The notes beneath the pieces were generated by a model that saw only the letters and a list, made by a program, of their open reading frames with translations, had not been told where the DNA came from and ran no database searches. A stretch of 40,464 nucleotides of DNA from an uncultured Gemmatimonadota bacterium (lineage in GTDB: Bacteria > SM23-81), in the NCBI GenBank assembly GCA_964584035.1, contig CAZOYL010000006.1, positions 1 through 40,464 of the forward strand, given 5' to 3'. Below, one piece after another: positions 27,882 to 37,489 of the stretch. Both the position numbers and the translations under genes were made by a program. Position 1 is the stretch's first letter; each line of letters opens with the position of its first letter.

Positions 27882-28769
27882 CTATTTCCTTACCTTCCCT
27901 TCGGTGAGCAGCTCGAGAAGTTCGGAATCGGTTGATAAAACAATCGTGGTCTTCTCGTTGAGTACCTTTCGGTAGGACTCCAGGGTCCTGACCAATTTAT
28001 AAAACTGCGGATCTTTGTTATGGGCGGCGGAATAGATCTGAGCCGCCTCTGCCTCGCCTTTGCCGATGATCTTTTGTGCTTCTTCATAAGCCTCGGAAAG
28101 AATGGCGCGGCTTTCCTTGTCCGCCTCGGCCCGTACTTTCATGGCCTCTTCTTCACCCTCGGAACGGTATTTTTTGGCCATTCGTTCCCGCTCGGTGCGC
28201 ATACGCTGAAAGACGCTCTCCTTGTTCTGATCGGGAAGGTTCAGCCGTTTCAGGCGCACCTCCAGGATATGAATGCCATATTCCTCGGCGGCTTTTTGAC
28301 GACATTTTTCCGTGACCCCCCCCATAATCTCATCCACTTTGATCTGCTCGGGATCGACGGAGATCAACGCAGAAAGCGGGTAATTCCCCAATGCGGCTCC
28401 CAAGGATGCTGAGGTGATATCGGCCAGGAATATTTCGGCCACCGGACGTTCCTTGACCGCTTCAAGAAATTTCCTCGGCTCGCTGATGCGCCATCCCATA
28501 TAGATATCGACCAGTATATTCTTCTTGTCTTCGGTGAGATACTCCCCGGGCTCCGGATCGAACAGCAGTAATCTCCGGTCAAAACGTCGCAGCGATTGAA
28601 TTGGATCCGGCCATTTGACGTGCAATCCCGCGGATTCAATCACCCGCACCGGCTTGCCGAATTGCGTGATGACGGCAAATTCTGTCTCGTCGATCTGAAA
28701 AAAAATCGAGCCGATGAAAATAATGAAAAAACCTGTTAGCAGGAAACCGAGAATGATCTTTCTTTTCAT
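27882..28769 (-). CDS. hflC: HflC (SPFH family)
   Basis: 'AVITQFGKP', 'LTEDKKNILVD', 'VFQRMRTERER.A..YRSEG', 'DPQFY...RTLESY'. ATGA overlap with the upstream gene. Confidence 0.93.
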   Translation of the reverse strand: MKRKIILGFLLTGFFIIFIGSIFFQIDETEFAVITQFGKPVRVIESAGLHVKWPDPIQSLRRFDRRLLLFDPEPGEYLTEDKKNILVDIYMGWRISEPRKFLEAVKERPVAEIFLADITSASLGAALGNYPLSALISVDPEQIKVDEIMGGVTEKCRQKAAEEYGIHILEVRLKRLNLPDQNKESVFQRMRTERERMAKKYRSEGEEEAMKVRAEADKESRAILSEAYEEAQKIIGKGEAEAAQIYSAAHNKDPQFYKLVRTLESYRKVLNEKTTIVLSTDSELLELLTEGKVRK

Positions 28770-30496
28770 CGTTCCTCCAGCGTGAGAATATCTTCTTTTG
28801 CTCCTTTATCGAAACCTTGATCGTAGCCTTTACTGAAAAATCTCAAATCGACCGGATCATGGGACGCATCCGGTTCGACGATAAATTTCTCCAATTCCGG
28901 CATCATTTCATCCACCATCTCGAGAAACAACCGGATCTCGGTTACGGTTCGAGCCTGCTGATATTTCCGCAGAAGAGCCACAAACCGTTCTGCCTCTCCA
29001 CGGGCCCGATCAATGCGCTCTTTATGATCGGCCTCTGCCTGCCGTATCTGCTCCACAGCCTGACCGCGAGCGATCGGCAGCACTTCGTTCCGGTAGGCGA
29101 GCGCTTCATTGATCAGCCGGTCTTTATCCTCCCGGGCACTGGCGACATCGCGAAAATATTCCACGACCTCGACGGGCGGATGCACATCCTGCAGCTTTAC
29201 GGCGGTGATGCCGATTCCGCAATCGGTTCGCTCCATCGTTTTCTGCAGGCTTTTCTGAATCGTCTGTTCGACGATCATACGACCTCTGGTGAACAGGTCG
29301 TCGAGAGGTTCCGTACCGACAACCTTTCTGATGATCTCCTCGGCTGCCGAGCGCACCAGTTTCTCCGGTTCTTCCACCAGGAGAATAAATTTTTCGATAT
29401 CGATCACCCGGTATTGAACGATGGCATTGATATCGACCAGGTTTTCATCGCCCGTGAACATGACGGATTCTTCGGGCTGCTTGGAGTAGCGGCCCCGCAC
29501 ATGGCGGCTTTCCCATTGATATGATTGCGCATTCCCGGTCGTTATCTCGGCTTGGGTTCGAAAACCGATCTCCAGGCGCCTGATGGCCAGCAGAGATGTT
29601 TTCCGTACCGCCTCAAAGGGCCAAGGCAGGTGGTAGTGCAATCCGGGTTCCTGACCCGCTCGATCCACCAGCCGGCCGAAACGGAAGACCAGAGCATGCT
29701 CTCCCGGTCCCACCCGGTAAAGACCGTTTCCCGCCCAGAGGAAGAATCCCAGAAGCAAGAGACCGATCACGAGAACGCGGCCCCGCAGCTGGAACCAGTC
29801 GATCATCCGCAATGTTTTCCGACGGGAAACCGATTCTCGCTTGGCTCCGGATCGAGTGCCTTCCAATAAGCTCGCCAGCCAGTATTCTTCCAGAAAGGTT
29901 CCCCGTAAAAGAGCCCTGACACCGCCGTATATTACCTCCAGCCCGGTGACGGCGATCAGCAGGGAGATCAAGGCAGCGGCCTGGACGTCCAGGTTCAGGC
30001 CGACCATGGCTCCCACCAAACCGATCAACACTCCGACGGAGGAATACATATCCATTCGCGAGTGGTAACCATCGGCTATCAGGCTGTTGGAATGTTTCTC
30101 CTGTCCAACTTTAATCTTCAGCCTGGCGATGAATCCGGAAACCAGTATGCAGAAGAAAACGCCGATCATGGCGACCGGCAGATGCATCAGTGTCGTGGAT
30201 GATCCCTGAACCGTCCCGGTGAAGATCTCAACGGCGGCTCCCAGTATGAAGAAACCGACCACGACGGCGATCACATCCTCGATCTTCCGGAAAAGGACCG
30301 CTTTTCGTCGGATACCTCGAGCAGCCAGAACGAGACCGCTGAGCACCAGGATCGATACGAAGATATCGGAGAGAGAGTGGATGGCGTCAGCCAGAATGGC
30401 TTTACTGGAGGACCATCGAGCCAGCAGCAGCTTCAGGACCACCAGAATCACATTGGCGATGACGGAAATGATGGCAACGCGAATCTTTAGATTCAT
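28766..30496 (-). CDS. cation diffusion facilitator TM domain fused to HflK
   Basis: N-terminal CDF: 'S.AILADAIHSLSD' and 'SLIADGYHSRMD'. C-terminal HflK: 'MFTGDENLVD', 'VKLQDVHPP', 'FRDVASARED', 'ARGEAERF'. Confidence 0.9.
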   Translation of the reverse strand: MNLKIRVAIISVIANVILVVLKLLLARWSSSKAILADAIHSLSDIFVSILVLSGLVLAARGIRRKAVLFRKIEDVIAVVVGFFILGAAVEIFTGTVQGSSTTLMHLPVAMIGVFFCILVSGFIARLKIKVGQEKHSNSLIADGYHSRMDMYSSVGVLIGLVGAMVGLNLDVQAAALISLLIAVTGLEVIYGGVRALLRGTFLEEYWLASLLEGTRSGAKRESVSRRKTLRMIDWFQLRGRVLVIGLLLLGFFLWAGNGLYRVGPGEHALVFRFGRLVDRAGQEPGLHYHLPWPFEAVRKTSLLAIRRLEIGFRTQAEITTGNAQSYQWESRHVRGRYSKQPEESVMFTGDENLVDINAIVQYRVIDIEKFILLVEEPEKLVRSAAEEIIRKVVGTEPLDDLFTRGRMIVEQTIQKSLQKTMERTDCGIGITAVKLQDVHPPVEVVEYFRDVASAREDKDRLINEALAYRNEVLPIARGQAVEQIRQAEADHKERIDRARGEAERFVALLRKYQQARTVTEIRLFLEMVDEMMPELEKFIVEPDASHDPVDLRFFSKGYDQGFDKGAKEDILTLEER

Positions 30497-30534
30497 AGGC
30501 TGGGAGAAGGGTGGAAAGTGAGACCTTTCATTTT

Positions 30535-30563
30535 ATTGTAACACGAATCTGTAGTGAATGCAA
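30535..30563 (-). promoter_or_regulatory. putative sigma70 promoter of the CDF-hflK/hflC/hflK operon
   Basis: TTGCAT-17 nt-TACAAT in an AT-rich intergenic region. Confidence 0.65.
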
Positions 30564-30651
30564 CAATTTTCTGGTATTTCGAAAATGAATACAAAACACA
30601 TGAGGGCAAATGAGTTGGGTGGGAAGTCCGAAGGTTCTGCAGAAGATCATA

Positions 30652-30703
30652 CAAAAGGACCCCCCACCCCAATCCCCTGGCGGAGTCGGGTGGCAAGGGG
30701 TCC
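30652..30703 (-). terminator. probable terminator after the amylase gene
   Basis: Extended imperfect hairpin GGACCCC..CCACCC...GGGTGG.GGGGTCC followed by TTTT. Confidence 0.55.
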
Positions 30704-30721
30704 CCGGTCACTTTCCTTCGA

Positions 30722-33205
30722 TCAATGCTTCTGTTTTTCCTCAACACGCTGCAACCTGAGAAGATAGCCCCTGCCCGGTTCCAGCTGTAAAAACGGTCGA
30801 TAGCCCATGATGCGCCCCTTGTGCGGAATCTTCAGGATGGCGCATTCTCCCTTCGAGGATTTCTGCAGCAGGTCATGAACCCGATAGCGGCCCGCCTCCA
30901 GAAGCGAATGATTGATCCCGATGGTATAGTCCTCCACGGGCTGGTTCGACAGATTGATGACCACCAATATTGGATCGGCGCCGTCGGCATACCGTAAGTA
31001 GGCGTAGATATCCCCATCGCCGGTCATCAAATCTCCGTAACTGGCCTGCTCCTGATCATCCCGGGCCGTCAGGGCGGGATATTGGGAACGCAGTTCGATG
31101 AGCCGGCGATACCAGTTGAACAGAGAGCCTGGATCCGTCCTCTGATCATAGACCCGCTCCCACTCCATAGGAGCTCGGATGGCCTCATCAGGCGGATTGG
31201 TCCCTGTCATGCCGATCTCCTCGCCGTAATAGATCAGGGGGGTTCCCGGAAGAGTGAGCAACATCAAGGCCGCCAACTTATTGAGTTCTTTATCTTGATC
31301 CAGAGCACTGAGAATACGGTCATTATCATGATTGTTCAAAAAACGACACAGCTGGGCCTGGAGGGGAAAGTCGTCCTTTTCCTTCTTCAAAATCTGGCGC
31401 ACATCGACCTTCTCCCCTCCTGCCATCAATTTCAGCAGAACATAATAGAGGGGATAATCGAATTGCATGTCGAATTCATAATCGAAGTACCCGTAAATGG
31501 TCTCCACATCATCCCAGACCTCTCCCAGGAGAAGAACATCGGGACGCACCTTCTTCAGCTCCTGCCGTAGCTCCTTCCACCAATCGTGCGGCGGGCCCTT
31601 GGCGACATCCAGGCGATATCCATCCACGCCGTCGGAAAAATCGCCATCACCGTTGGGATCCATCCAGAACCTGGCCATCTCCAGCAGCCAATCCCGGAGG
31701 TCTCGGGAATCAAAATTGAATTCCGGCATCCCCTTATAACCGAAGAAGGAATCATATTCGATCTGTTCCGGATCGAGAAACTTGAACCATTCCGAATACT
31801 CCGAGTCGGGATTGCCCAGGGCATCCTGAAAGAAGGGATGACGATCGGAGCAATGATTGATCACCAGATCGAAGATCACCCGGATACCGCGGCGATGGGC
31901 CTCACGGCATAGCGTGAAAAAATCTTCATTGGTGCCGTAGTCCTCCTCGATGGTGAAATAATCGGTGACATCGTATCCGTGATAGGACGGTGATTGGCAA
32001 ACGGGCATCAGCCAGATGGCCCCGGCACCCAGGTCGCTATCGCTGTCCGGATCGCCGTCGTTGAGATAATCCAACCGCTCGATGACGCCCTGAAGGTCAC
32101 CGACACTGTCTCCATCGGAATCATGAAAGCTGCGCACGAAGATCTCGTAGATGACGGTGCGGTCATAATAGTCCGGGGAATCGAAGACGGCCGGCTCACG
32201 ATCCATGGTAAAATCAATCCTGGTGTCGCCTCGCTTTCCGGAGGTGAGCCCCATGGCGGAGATCACCAGGCGAAAGTCCAGATCCGGCAGGTCCTCCGGC
32301 AATGAGGCGCGAAACCGTCCGGTCCGATCCTGGTAGTCATGCTGGAGCACCTGTCCCCCCAGCCGGATCTCAATGCTCCCTGGATCCACCTGATCTTTAT
32401 AACAGCGCAGCTCCCCGGATACCGGCTCGATCTTCCGGGGGCGGGATTTGTCGGTGGGAAAATCCATGACGGCGTATGGCACGCCGGGCTCGGCTACAAA
32501 AACCACGCCGTTATTAAAATTGGATGCGTCGGTCTGCGGGGCATTGGGATCGGTGATCCACTGACCGTCGACGACGAATTTGTACTGATAGGATCTTCCG
32601 GCGCGAAGAGGATACCGGGTGCGCCACAGGCCGTCGCCGTCCTCATCGAACATCGGGGTGGCGCGCATGGACCAGCCGTTGAACTCCCCGGCCAGATAGA
32701 CTGCCCTGGCGCCCTGGGGAGCCCGATGGGAGAACAGGACTCCGCCTTCGACGGGATGCGGAGCCAGCTCATCGTCTTCCGACCAGGGGATATCCGACCG
32801 CGGTGCAGAGACATTTTCGGGAGGATCTATCCCGACATAGACGATCCCGTTATCGAAATTCTCATAGTTGATGCCGGGAGCATGCGGATCGGTGATCCAC
32901 AGACCTCCATCCACCACGAATTTATATTCCCAGCGCCCGCTGGGCAGGGGAACGACCACCGTCCAGATACCGTCGCTGTCCTCATCGGCCATGGGGGTGG
33001 CGGCCACATCCCAGCCGTTGAAATCTCCGGCCAGCATCACCGATCGAACCGGCTCGTCGGGCCGGTAAGAAAACTGTATGCCTCCTTCCACCGGTCGGGG
33101 CGCCAGGGTTGGCTCAGCGACAACCGGTGAGGCCCACAGAAACACGACCAGAAACGGGACGATCAGGAACCGTTGATACGGAAAATGTGCATATGAGCAA
33201 CCCAT
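30722..33205 (-). CDS. exported GH13 alpha-amylase with two N-terminal CBM48-like domains
   Basis: Two 'LAG(D/E)FNGW...YKFVVDG.WITDP' modules; 'SPSYHGYDV', 'DLVINH', 'GYRLDVAK', 'GEVW', 'NHDN'. The ATG overlaps the pullulanase stop (TGATG). Confidence 0.93.
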   Translation of the reverse strand: MGCSYAHFPYQRFLIVPFLVVFLWASPVVAEPTLAPRPVEGGIQFSYRPDEPVRSVMLAGDFNGWDVAATPMADEDSDGIWTVVVPLPSGRWEYKFVVDGGLWITDPHAPGINYENFDNGIVYVGIDPPENVSAPRSDIPWSEDDELAPHPVEGGVLFSHRAPQGARAVYLAGEFNGWSMRATPMFDEDGDGLWRTRYPLRAGRSYQYKFVVDGQWITDPNAPQTDASNFNNGVVFVAEPGVPYAVMDFPTDKSRPRKIEPVSGELRCYKDQVDPGSIEIRLGGQVLQHDYQDRTGRFRASLPEDLPDLDFRLVISAMGLTSGKRGDTRIDFTMDREPAVFDSPDYYDRTVIYEIFVRSFHDSDGDSVGDLQGVIERLDYLNDGDPDSDSDLGAGAIWLMPVCQSPSYHGYDVTDYFTIEEDYGTNEDFFTLCREAHRRGIRVIFDLVINHCSDRHPFFQDALGNPDSEYSEWFKFLDPEQIEYDSFFGYKGMPEFNFDSRDLRDWLLEMARFWMDPNGDGDFSDGVDGYRLDVAKGPPHDWWKELRQELKKVRPDVLLLGEVWDDVETIYGYFDYEFDMQFDYPLYYVLLKLMAGGEKVDVRQILKKEKDDFPLQAQLCRFLNNHDNDRILSALDQDKELNKLAALMLLTLPGTPLIYYGEEIGMTGTNPPDEAIRAPMEWERVYDQRTDPGSLFNWYRRLIELRSQYPALTARDDQEQASYGDLMTGDGDIYAYLRYADGADPILVVINLSNQPVEDYTIGINHSLLEAGRYRVHDLLQKSSKGECAILKIPHKGRIMGYRPFLQLEPGRGYLLRLQRVEEKQKH

Positions 33206-36111
33206 CAATGTTCCTCCAAATGCAGCACCATGGCGCTTCTTCCCGGCACCCTGGCTTTCTTCTCCATTTTCTTCGGTCCGGTGACAACCGGTTCCGGTCC
33301 GGCCTCATCCTCATCCACCACCACGATCCAGCGTCCGGCCGGAAGGGTGAACTGGGCATCCTTCTCATTGGGATTGAACAACAGGATCACCTGTTTCCAG
33401 CCGTCTCCGGCCGCTTCCCCGGTCAGCCGATAGGCGATGCAGCGCGGCGGAACCGGTAGTCCCAGCTGATCGTCGAAGAACTCGAGGTTCTCGACAACCT
33501 CCTGCCGGGACTTCATGCGAAAGACGGGATGCTGTTTTCTCAACGAGATCAAGCCCCGGTAGTACTCGAAGACATCGCGGTGATCCACCTTCCACTGCCA
33601 GCGGATCATATTGACGGCATCCGGCTTATTATAGCTGTTCTCATCTCCGCCTTTGGTCCGCAGCATCTCCTGGCCGGAATGCAGAAAAGGGATCCCCTGA
33701 GAGGTCAACACCAGGACGGCGCCCAGTTTGTCCATCCGGATGCGATCAGCATCATCCACATCGGCCCGGTTCCGGGTGGTCAACAGCAGCCGGTCCCAGA
33801 AGGTATGATTATCATGGCAGGCGGCGTAATTGATGACTTCCAGGGGACTGGCGGCGAAATCATTGATGCTGCCCTGGATGCCTTTCTTGATCCGGTCGAT
33901 GTTGATGCCCGTCTGCACGTAGCCGGGATTGAGGTCGAAGACGCCGCCCTTGATGGCGTCCCGGAAATGATCGCCGAAAACGGCAAAACCCTTTCCCCTC
34001 TGCATGCCCTTGACCGTAGGCGTGATGGGCGTCTGTCCTCCGGTCCAGGGCTCACCGTGAATCAGCAGATGAGGGGCGATGGCCCTCAGCCTCCGGACGA
34101 TCTGTTCCATGGTTTCCAGATCGATGAGTCCCATGAGATCGAAACGGAAACCGTCGACCTTGTATTCTCTGACCCAGTATTCCACCGAGTCGAGGATGAA
34201 TTTCCGCGCCATGGGGGCCTCGGACCGGAACTCGTTGCCCGTTCCGGATCCATTCCAATAGCTGCCGTCTTCCTTCAGGCGATAGTAGTAGCCTGGAGTC
34301 AACCCATTGAAACTGAAGACCTTCGACGGGCTGGTCTCGGCCGTGTGGTTGTAAACCACATCCATGATCACCCTGATGCCCCGGCGGTGAAGAGCATCGA
34401 CCAGCTTTTTGAACTCCTCCACCCGGGCCGGTCCATGAACCTGGGTGGCATACCAGCCGTCGGGAGAGTTGAAGTGTACCGGCATATAGCCCCAGTTATA
34501 CTCCTGGCTCCTTTCGTCGTTCTCGAAATCCTGAACGGGCATGATCTGAACGGCATTGACGCCCAGCTCCACCAGATGGTCCAATCCCGTCCTGACCTCC
34601 GGATGATCGGGCATGACGGTGCCCTCCTCGGCGAGGCCGAGGTACTTTCCCCGGTGCCGGATGCCGGAGTGCTCATCGATGGTGAAATCCCGGATGTGCA
34701 GCTCATAGATGACGGCCTCATCGATCCCAAAACCGGGCCGGTCGGCCACCGGCGTCTCATCGCTCAGGATCATACCGCGGCCGTCATGAGCGGTATTGCA
34801 GCGCGAGTAGGGATCGATGATCTCCCGGCCGGGAATGAATCCGGGGGCGTCACCATCGACCTTGAAGGTATAGTAGAGACCGCCAAGATCCTCGGCCAGG
34901 ACGATCTCCCAGAGTCCCCTGTCGGCCGGAGCCATCTCCACGATCCGGGGGCTTCCGCCCTCGGGCTGCTCATAGAGCAGGGCCGTTAGCCGGGAGGCGG
35001 TGGGAGCGAACGCGCGCAGCGTCGTCCGGCCCTCCGAGATCACGGCGCCCATCGGCCGGTTGGACGTATACTCGGGACCATCCAGAAGCCCGCGGACGGT
35101 CAGTCTTCCGGGGCGGTAACCCTGGGCCTCGATGATGAACCGATCCAGCCGGTCGGCGGCCAGATCGAAGGGCCGGGCCACCCGCAGTTGGATCTCGGAG
35201 CTGGCCGCCGCGGCAGGCGGATGGGCCACCGCCGTCAGGATGGTCACTTCCCGGCCGGAAGCATCCCGAAGGGTGAAGTTCTGTGGAACAATCTGCTCCG
35301 CTTTCATAGACCGGGAAAGGGAAACGGTCACCAGATCGGAAGCATCCACGAATCCCCCGCGCACCCAGGGTGAGATGTCCGGCCGCTCGGCATACAGTTC
35401 CGGATCGCCGCTGACGATCCAGACCTCATCCCCCAGGAAGGGAAACCAGATCCGGTCGGGCGCATCCTTGTCGGCCCAGTTGCCGTATTTGGGCAGGACG
35501 CCGATCTGCCGGCCGTCTCCGTAATTTTCCTTGGTGACCACAAAGACCATGCCGAAATCATCCTGTTGCTCCTCCCGCAGCTCCTGAGAACCGCCATCGG
35601 TCTTGTCGTTCCAGGTCCATAGGGTCCATCCTCCATAATCTCCCTCGGAACGATGGTAATGCACTGTGAACTGCGGCGCGCCCCGATCCTCGGCCAGCGC
35701 CGCTTCCGGCCGCTCGGCGAGCAGCCGGGGATACCCCCCCAGGATCCAGACCTCTGCACCCATGTCCGGGGTCCACATCCGATCCGGGGGATCCTTGCTC
35801 TCCCAGTCGCCGAATTTGGGTAACAGGCCGATGGAGCTCCCGTCGCCATACCGGGAGAGGTCCAGGTGAAACACCAGGCCATCGGCGCCCCGATCGACTG
35901 CCTGGATCTCCTGAGAATCCCCGTCGGCGGCATCGTCCCAGGTCCACAGGGTCCAGCCGTCGTACCGGCCGTCGGATCGCTGGTAATGAACGATCAATGT
36001 CGTTTCGTCAGCCATGGCTCCGCGACTCGATGGGGTCACCAGGATCAGGCAGGATGCCAGCATCAGCCCAAAAATGAAAAAACCTGTAAGGGACGATACG
36101 CCTTTGAACAC
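33205..36111 (-). CDS. pulA: type I pullulanase (GH13) with two N-terminal PUD/CBM41-like domains
   Basis: Two 'VHY.R..G.Y.GWTLWTW' modules; 'YNWGYMP', 'DVVYNH', 'GFRFDLMG', 'GEPW', 'HDN'. Confidence 0.93.
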   Translation of the reverse strand: MFKGVSSLTGFFIFGLMLASCLILVTPSSRGAMADETTLIVHYQRSDGRYDGWTLWTWDDAADGDSQEIQAVDRGADGLVFHLDLSRYGDGSSIGLLPKFGDWESKDPPDRMWTPDMGAEVWILGGYPRLLAERPEAALAEDRGAPQFTVHYHRSEGDYGGWTLWTWNDKTDGGSQELREEQQDDFGMVFVVTKENYGDGRQIGVLPKYGNWADKDAPDRIWFPFLGDEVWIVSGDPELYAERPDISPWVRGGFVDASDLVTVSLSRSMKAEQIVPQNFTLRDASGREVTILTAVAHPPAAAASSEIQLRVARPFDLAADRLDRFIIEAQGYRPGRLTVRGLLDGPEYTSNRPMGAVISEGRTTLRAFAPTASRLTALLYEQPEGGSPRIVEMAPADRGLWEIVLAEDLGGLYYTFKVDGDAPGFIPGREIIDPYSRCNTAHDGRGMILSDETPVADRPGFGIDEAVIYELHIRDFTIDEHSGIRHRGKYLGLAEEGTVMPDHPEVRTGLDHLVELGVNAVQIMPVQDFENDERSQEYNWGYMPVHFNSPDGWYATQVHGPARVEEFKKLVDALHRRGIRVIMDVVYNHTAETSPSKVFSFNGLTPGYYYRLKEDGSYWNGSGTGNEFRSEAPMARKFILDSVEYWVREYKVDGFRFDLMGLIDLETMEQIVRRLRAIAPHLLIHGEPWTGGQTPITPTVKGMQRGKGFAVFGDHFRDAIKGGVFDLNPGYVQTGINIDRIKKGIQGSINDFAASPLEVINYAACHDNHTFWDRLLLTTRNRADVDDADRIRMDKLGAVLVLTSQGIPFLHSGQEMLRTKGGDENSYNKPDAVNMIRWQWKVDHRDVFEYYRGLISLRKQHPVFRMKSRQEVVENLEFFDDQLGLPVPPRCIAYRLTGEAAGDGWKQVILLFNPNEKDAQFTLPAGRWIVVVDEDEAGPEPVVTGPKKMEKKARVPGRSAMVLHLEEH

Positions 36112-36165
36112 GATACCACCCTCCGTAAGAATGTCGCTCCCCGGATCCGTCAGCAGACACCGCCA

Positions 36166-37449
36166 TCACTCCTGGTAACCTTTCCAATCAAAAGAGATAT
36201 ATTGCAGGTCGTGGACTTTTTCGTTTTCCAGCCGTACCCGCAGGTATCCTTCCGGCCAGGTGCTCCCGGCGATGCGGCGATCCCCCTGCCACCACTGACC
36301 GCAGATCGATCCCCCCAGGACAAAGACGGCATCGTGCTGGCTGTCGGCCCAGCGGACAACCTCATAATGATGGTGGTGACCGGCCAGGGCCAGGATGAAA
36401 CGGTGCCCGGCCAGGATCTCGTTGATCACCCGGGAAGCGTTGCTGACCACATGAGTATAGCTGCCGGCCTCGGGTTCGCTGAGATCATAGTGGATGGTCT
36501 GATATTCGCTGTAGCCCTCGAAGGTGTGCACGGCGGTCATGAAAGGAATATGGCCGACCAGGATGACGGGCGTCTCGGGCGGCACGTGAGCCAGGTCCTT
36601 TCTCATCCAGGAGATCTGGTCCGATGACACATTTCCATAATACGTCCTGACCGTATCTCCGTCATCATTGAGCACCCGGGTCAGGCTAATGGTGTTCAAG
36701 ACCATGAAGTGATAGCGCCCCCAGTTGAAGGAGTAATAGTCCGGACCGAGAAGTTCCCGATAGAGTCCGACTCCGTAAAGATCGTCGTCCTCCCTGACGA
36801 TGCAGGGATCGTCCCCCACACCCTCGAGGTAGATGCCGTAGTGCTCGTGATTGCCGATGGCATTGAACAGGGGAAAACTCAGCTCGCCGGCAAGCTCCTG
36901 ATAGAGACCAAACTGCTGTCGACTTTCCGGTTCACAGACCCTGAGGGCATCCATGATCAGATCGCCGCCGCAGATGACCAGATCGATCCCCTGTTGACCG
37001 TTCATATGCGCCACGGCCGCTTTCATTCCCGCCACGGCGTTATACTTCTCCCGGGGTGTCACGTGGGCGTCGGTGAAGAAGAGAAAAGAAACCTGATCAC
37101 AGGCAGGATGCCTGAGCATGGGAAAGTGAATCTCATCGCCATCGCTGTGGCTTCCCAGGTCCTCGAAAAAATCTCCGTTGGAACGATAGTCACCCGGAAG
37201 GCAAACGAACAGCACGCGGGAATCCTGGGATGTCAGCTGGTAGCGTCCCTGGCCATCGGTCCGTACGACCTCGATACCATCCGAAACGATTACGCCGGAG
37301 AGGCCCGGCTCTCGGCCGTCACGCCGGCCATTCTGGTCGGTGTCCTGGAAGACGATGCCGGAGATGGACACTGAAACGGCGTTCGCACCGCGGGCCCCAA
37401 ATGCGATCATCGCGGAGAGAAACAGGTAGCAGATGCCGGAACGAATCAT
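36166..37449 (-). CDS. exported calcineurin-like metallophosphoesterase with N-terminal extension
   Basis: Start placed at ATG 37449 after AGGAAGGGA. 'G.VFQD.DQNG..D..EPGL.GV.VSDG'; motifs DAH, GDL, GNHE, GH, GHHH; 'GQWWQG'. Confidence 0.88.
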   Translation of the reverse strand: MIRSGICYLFLSAMIAFGARGANAVSVSISGIVFQDTDQNGRRDGREPGLSGVIVSDGIEVVRTDGQGRYQLTSQDSRVLFVCLPGDYRSNGDFFEDLGSHSDGDEIHFPMLRHPACDQVSFLFFTDAHVTPREKYNAVAGMKAAVAHMNGQQGIDLVICGGDLIMDALRVCEPESRQQFGLYQELAGELSFPLFNAIGNHEHYGIYLEGVGDDPCIVREDDDLYGVGLYRELLGPDYYSFNWGRYHFMVLNTISLTRVLNDDGDTVRTYYGNVSSDQISWMRKDLAHVPPETPVILVGHIPFMTAVHTFEGYSEYQTIHYDLSEPEAGSYTHVVSNASRVINEILAGHRFILALAGHHHHYEVVRWADSQHDAVFVLGGSICGQWWQGDRRIAGSTWPEGYLRVRLENEKVHDLQYISFDWKGYQE

Positions 37450-37489
37450 GCCGGTTCCCTTCCTGATCATTTCACTCACCAGTCCGGCT

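Noticed and set aside
30558-30574. Metal-regulator (Zur-like) box at the CDF operon promoter
   Set aside because: Only one half-site (ATGCAAC) is present; there is no palindromic partner.
33529-34989. Long plus-strand ORFs (also 684-1613, 2243-3253, 10332-11783, 16411-17544, 37433-38470)
   Set aside because: They are antisense shadows of well-supported genes in GC-rich DNA and show no recognisable motifs.
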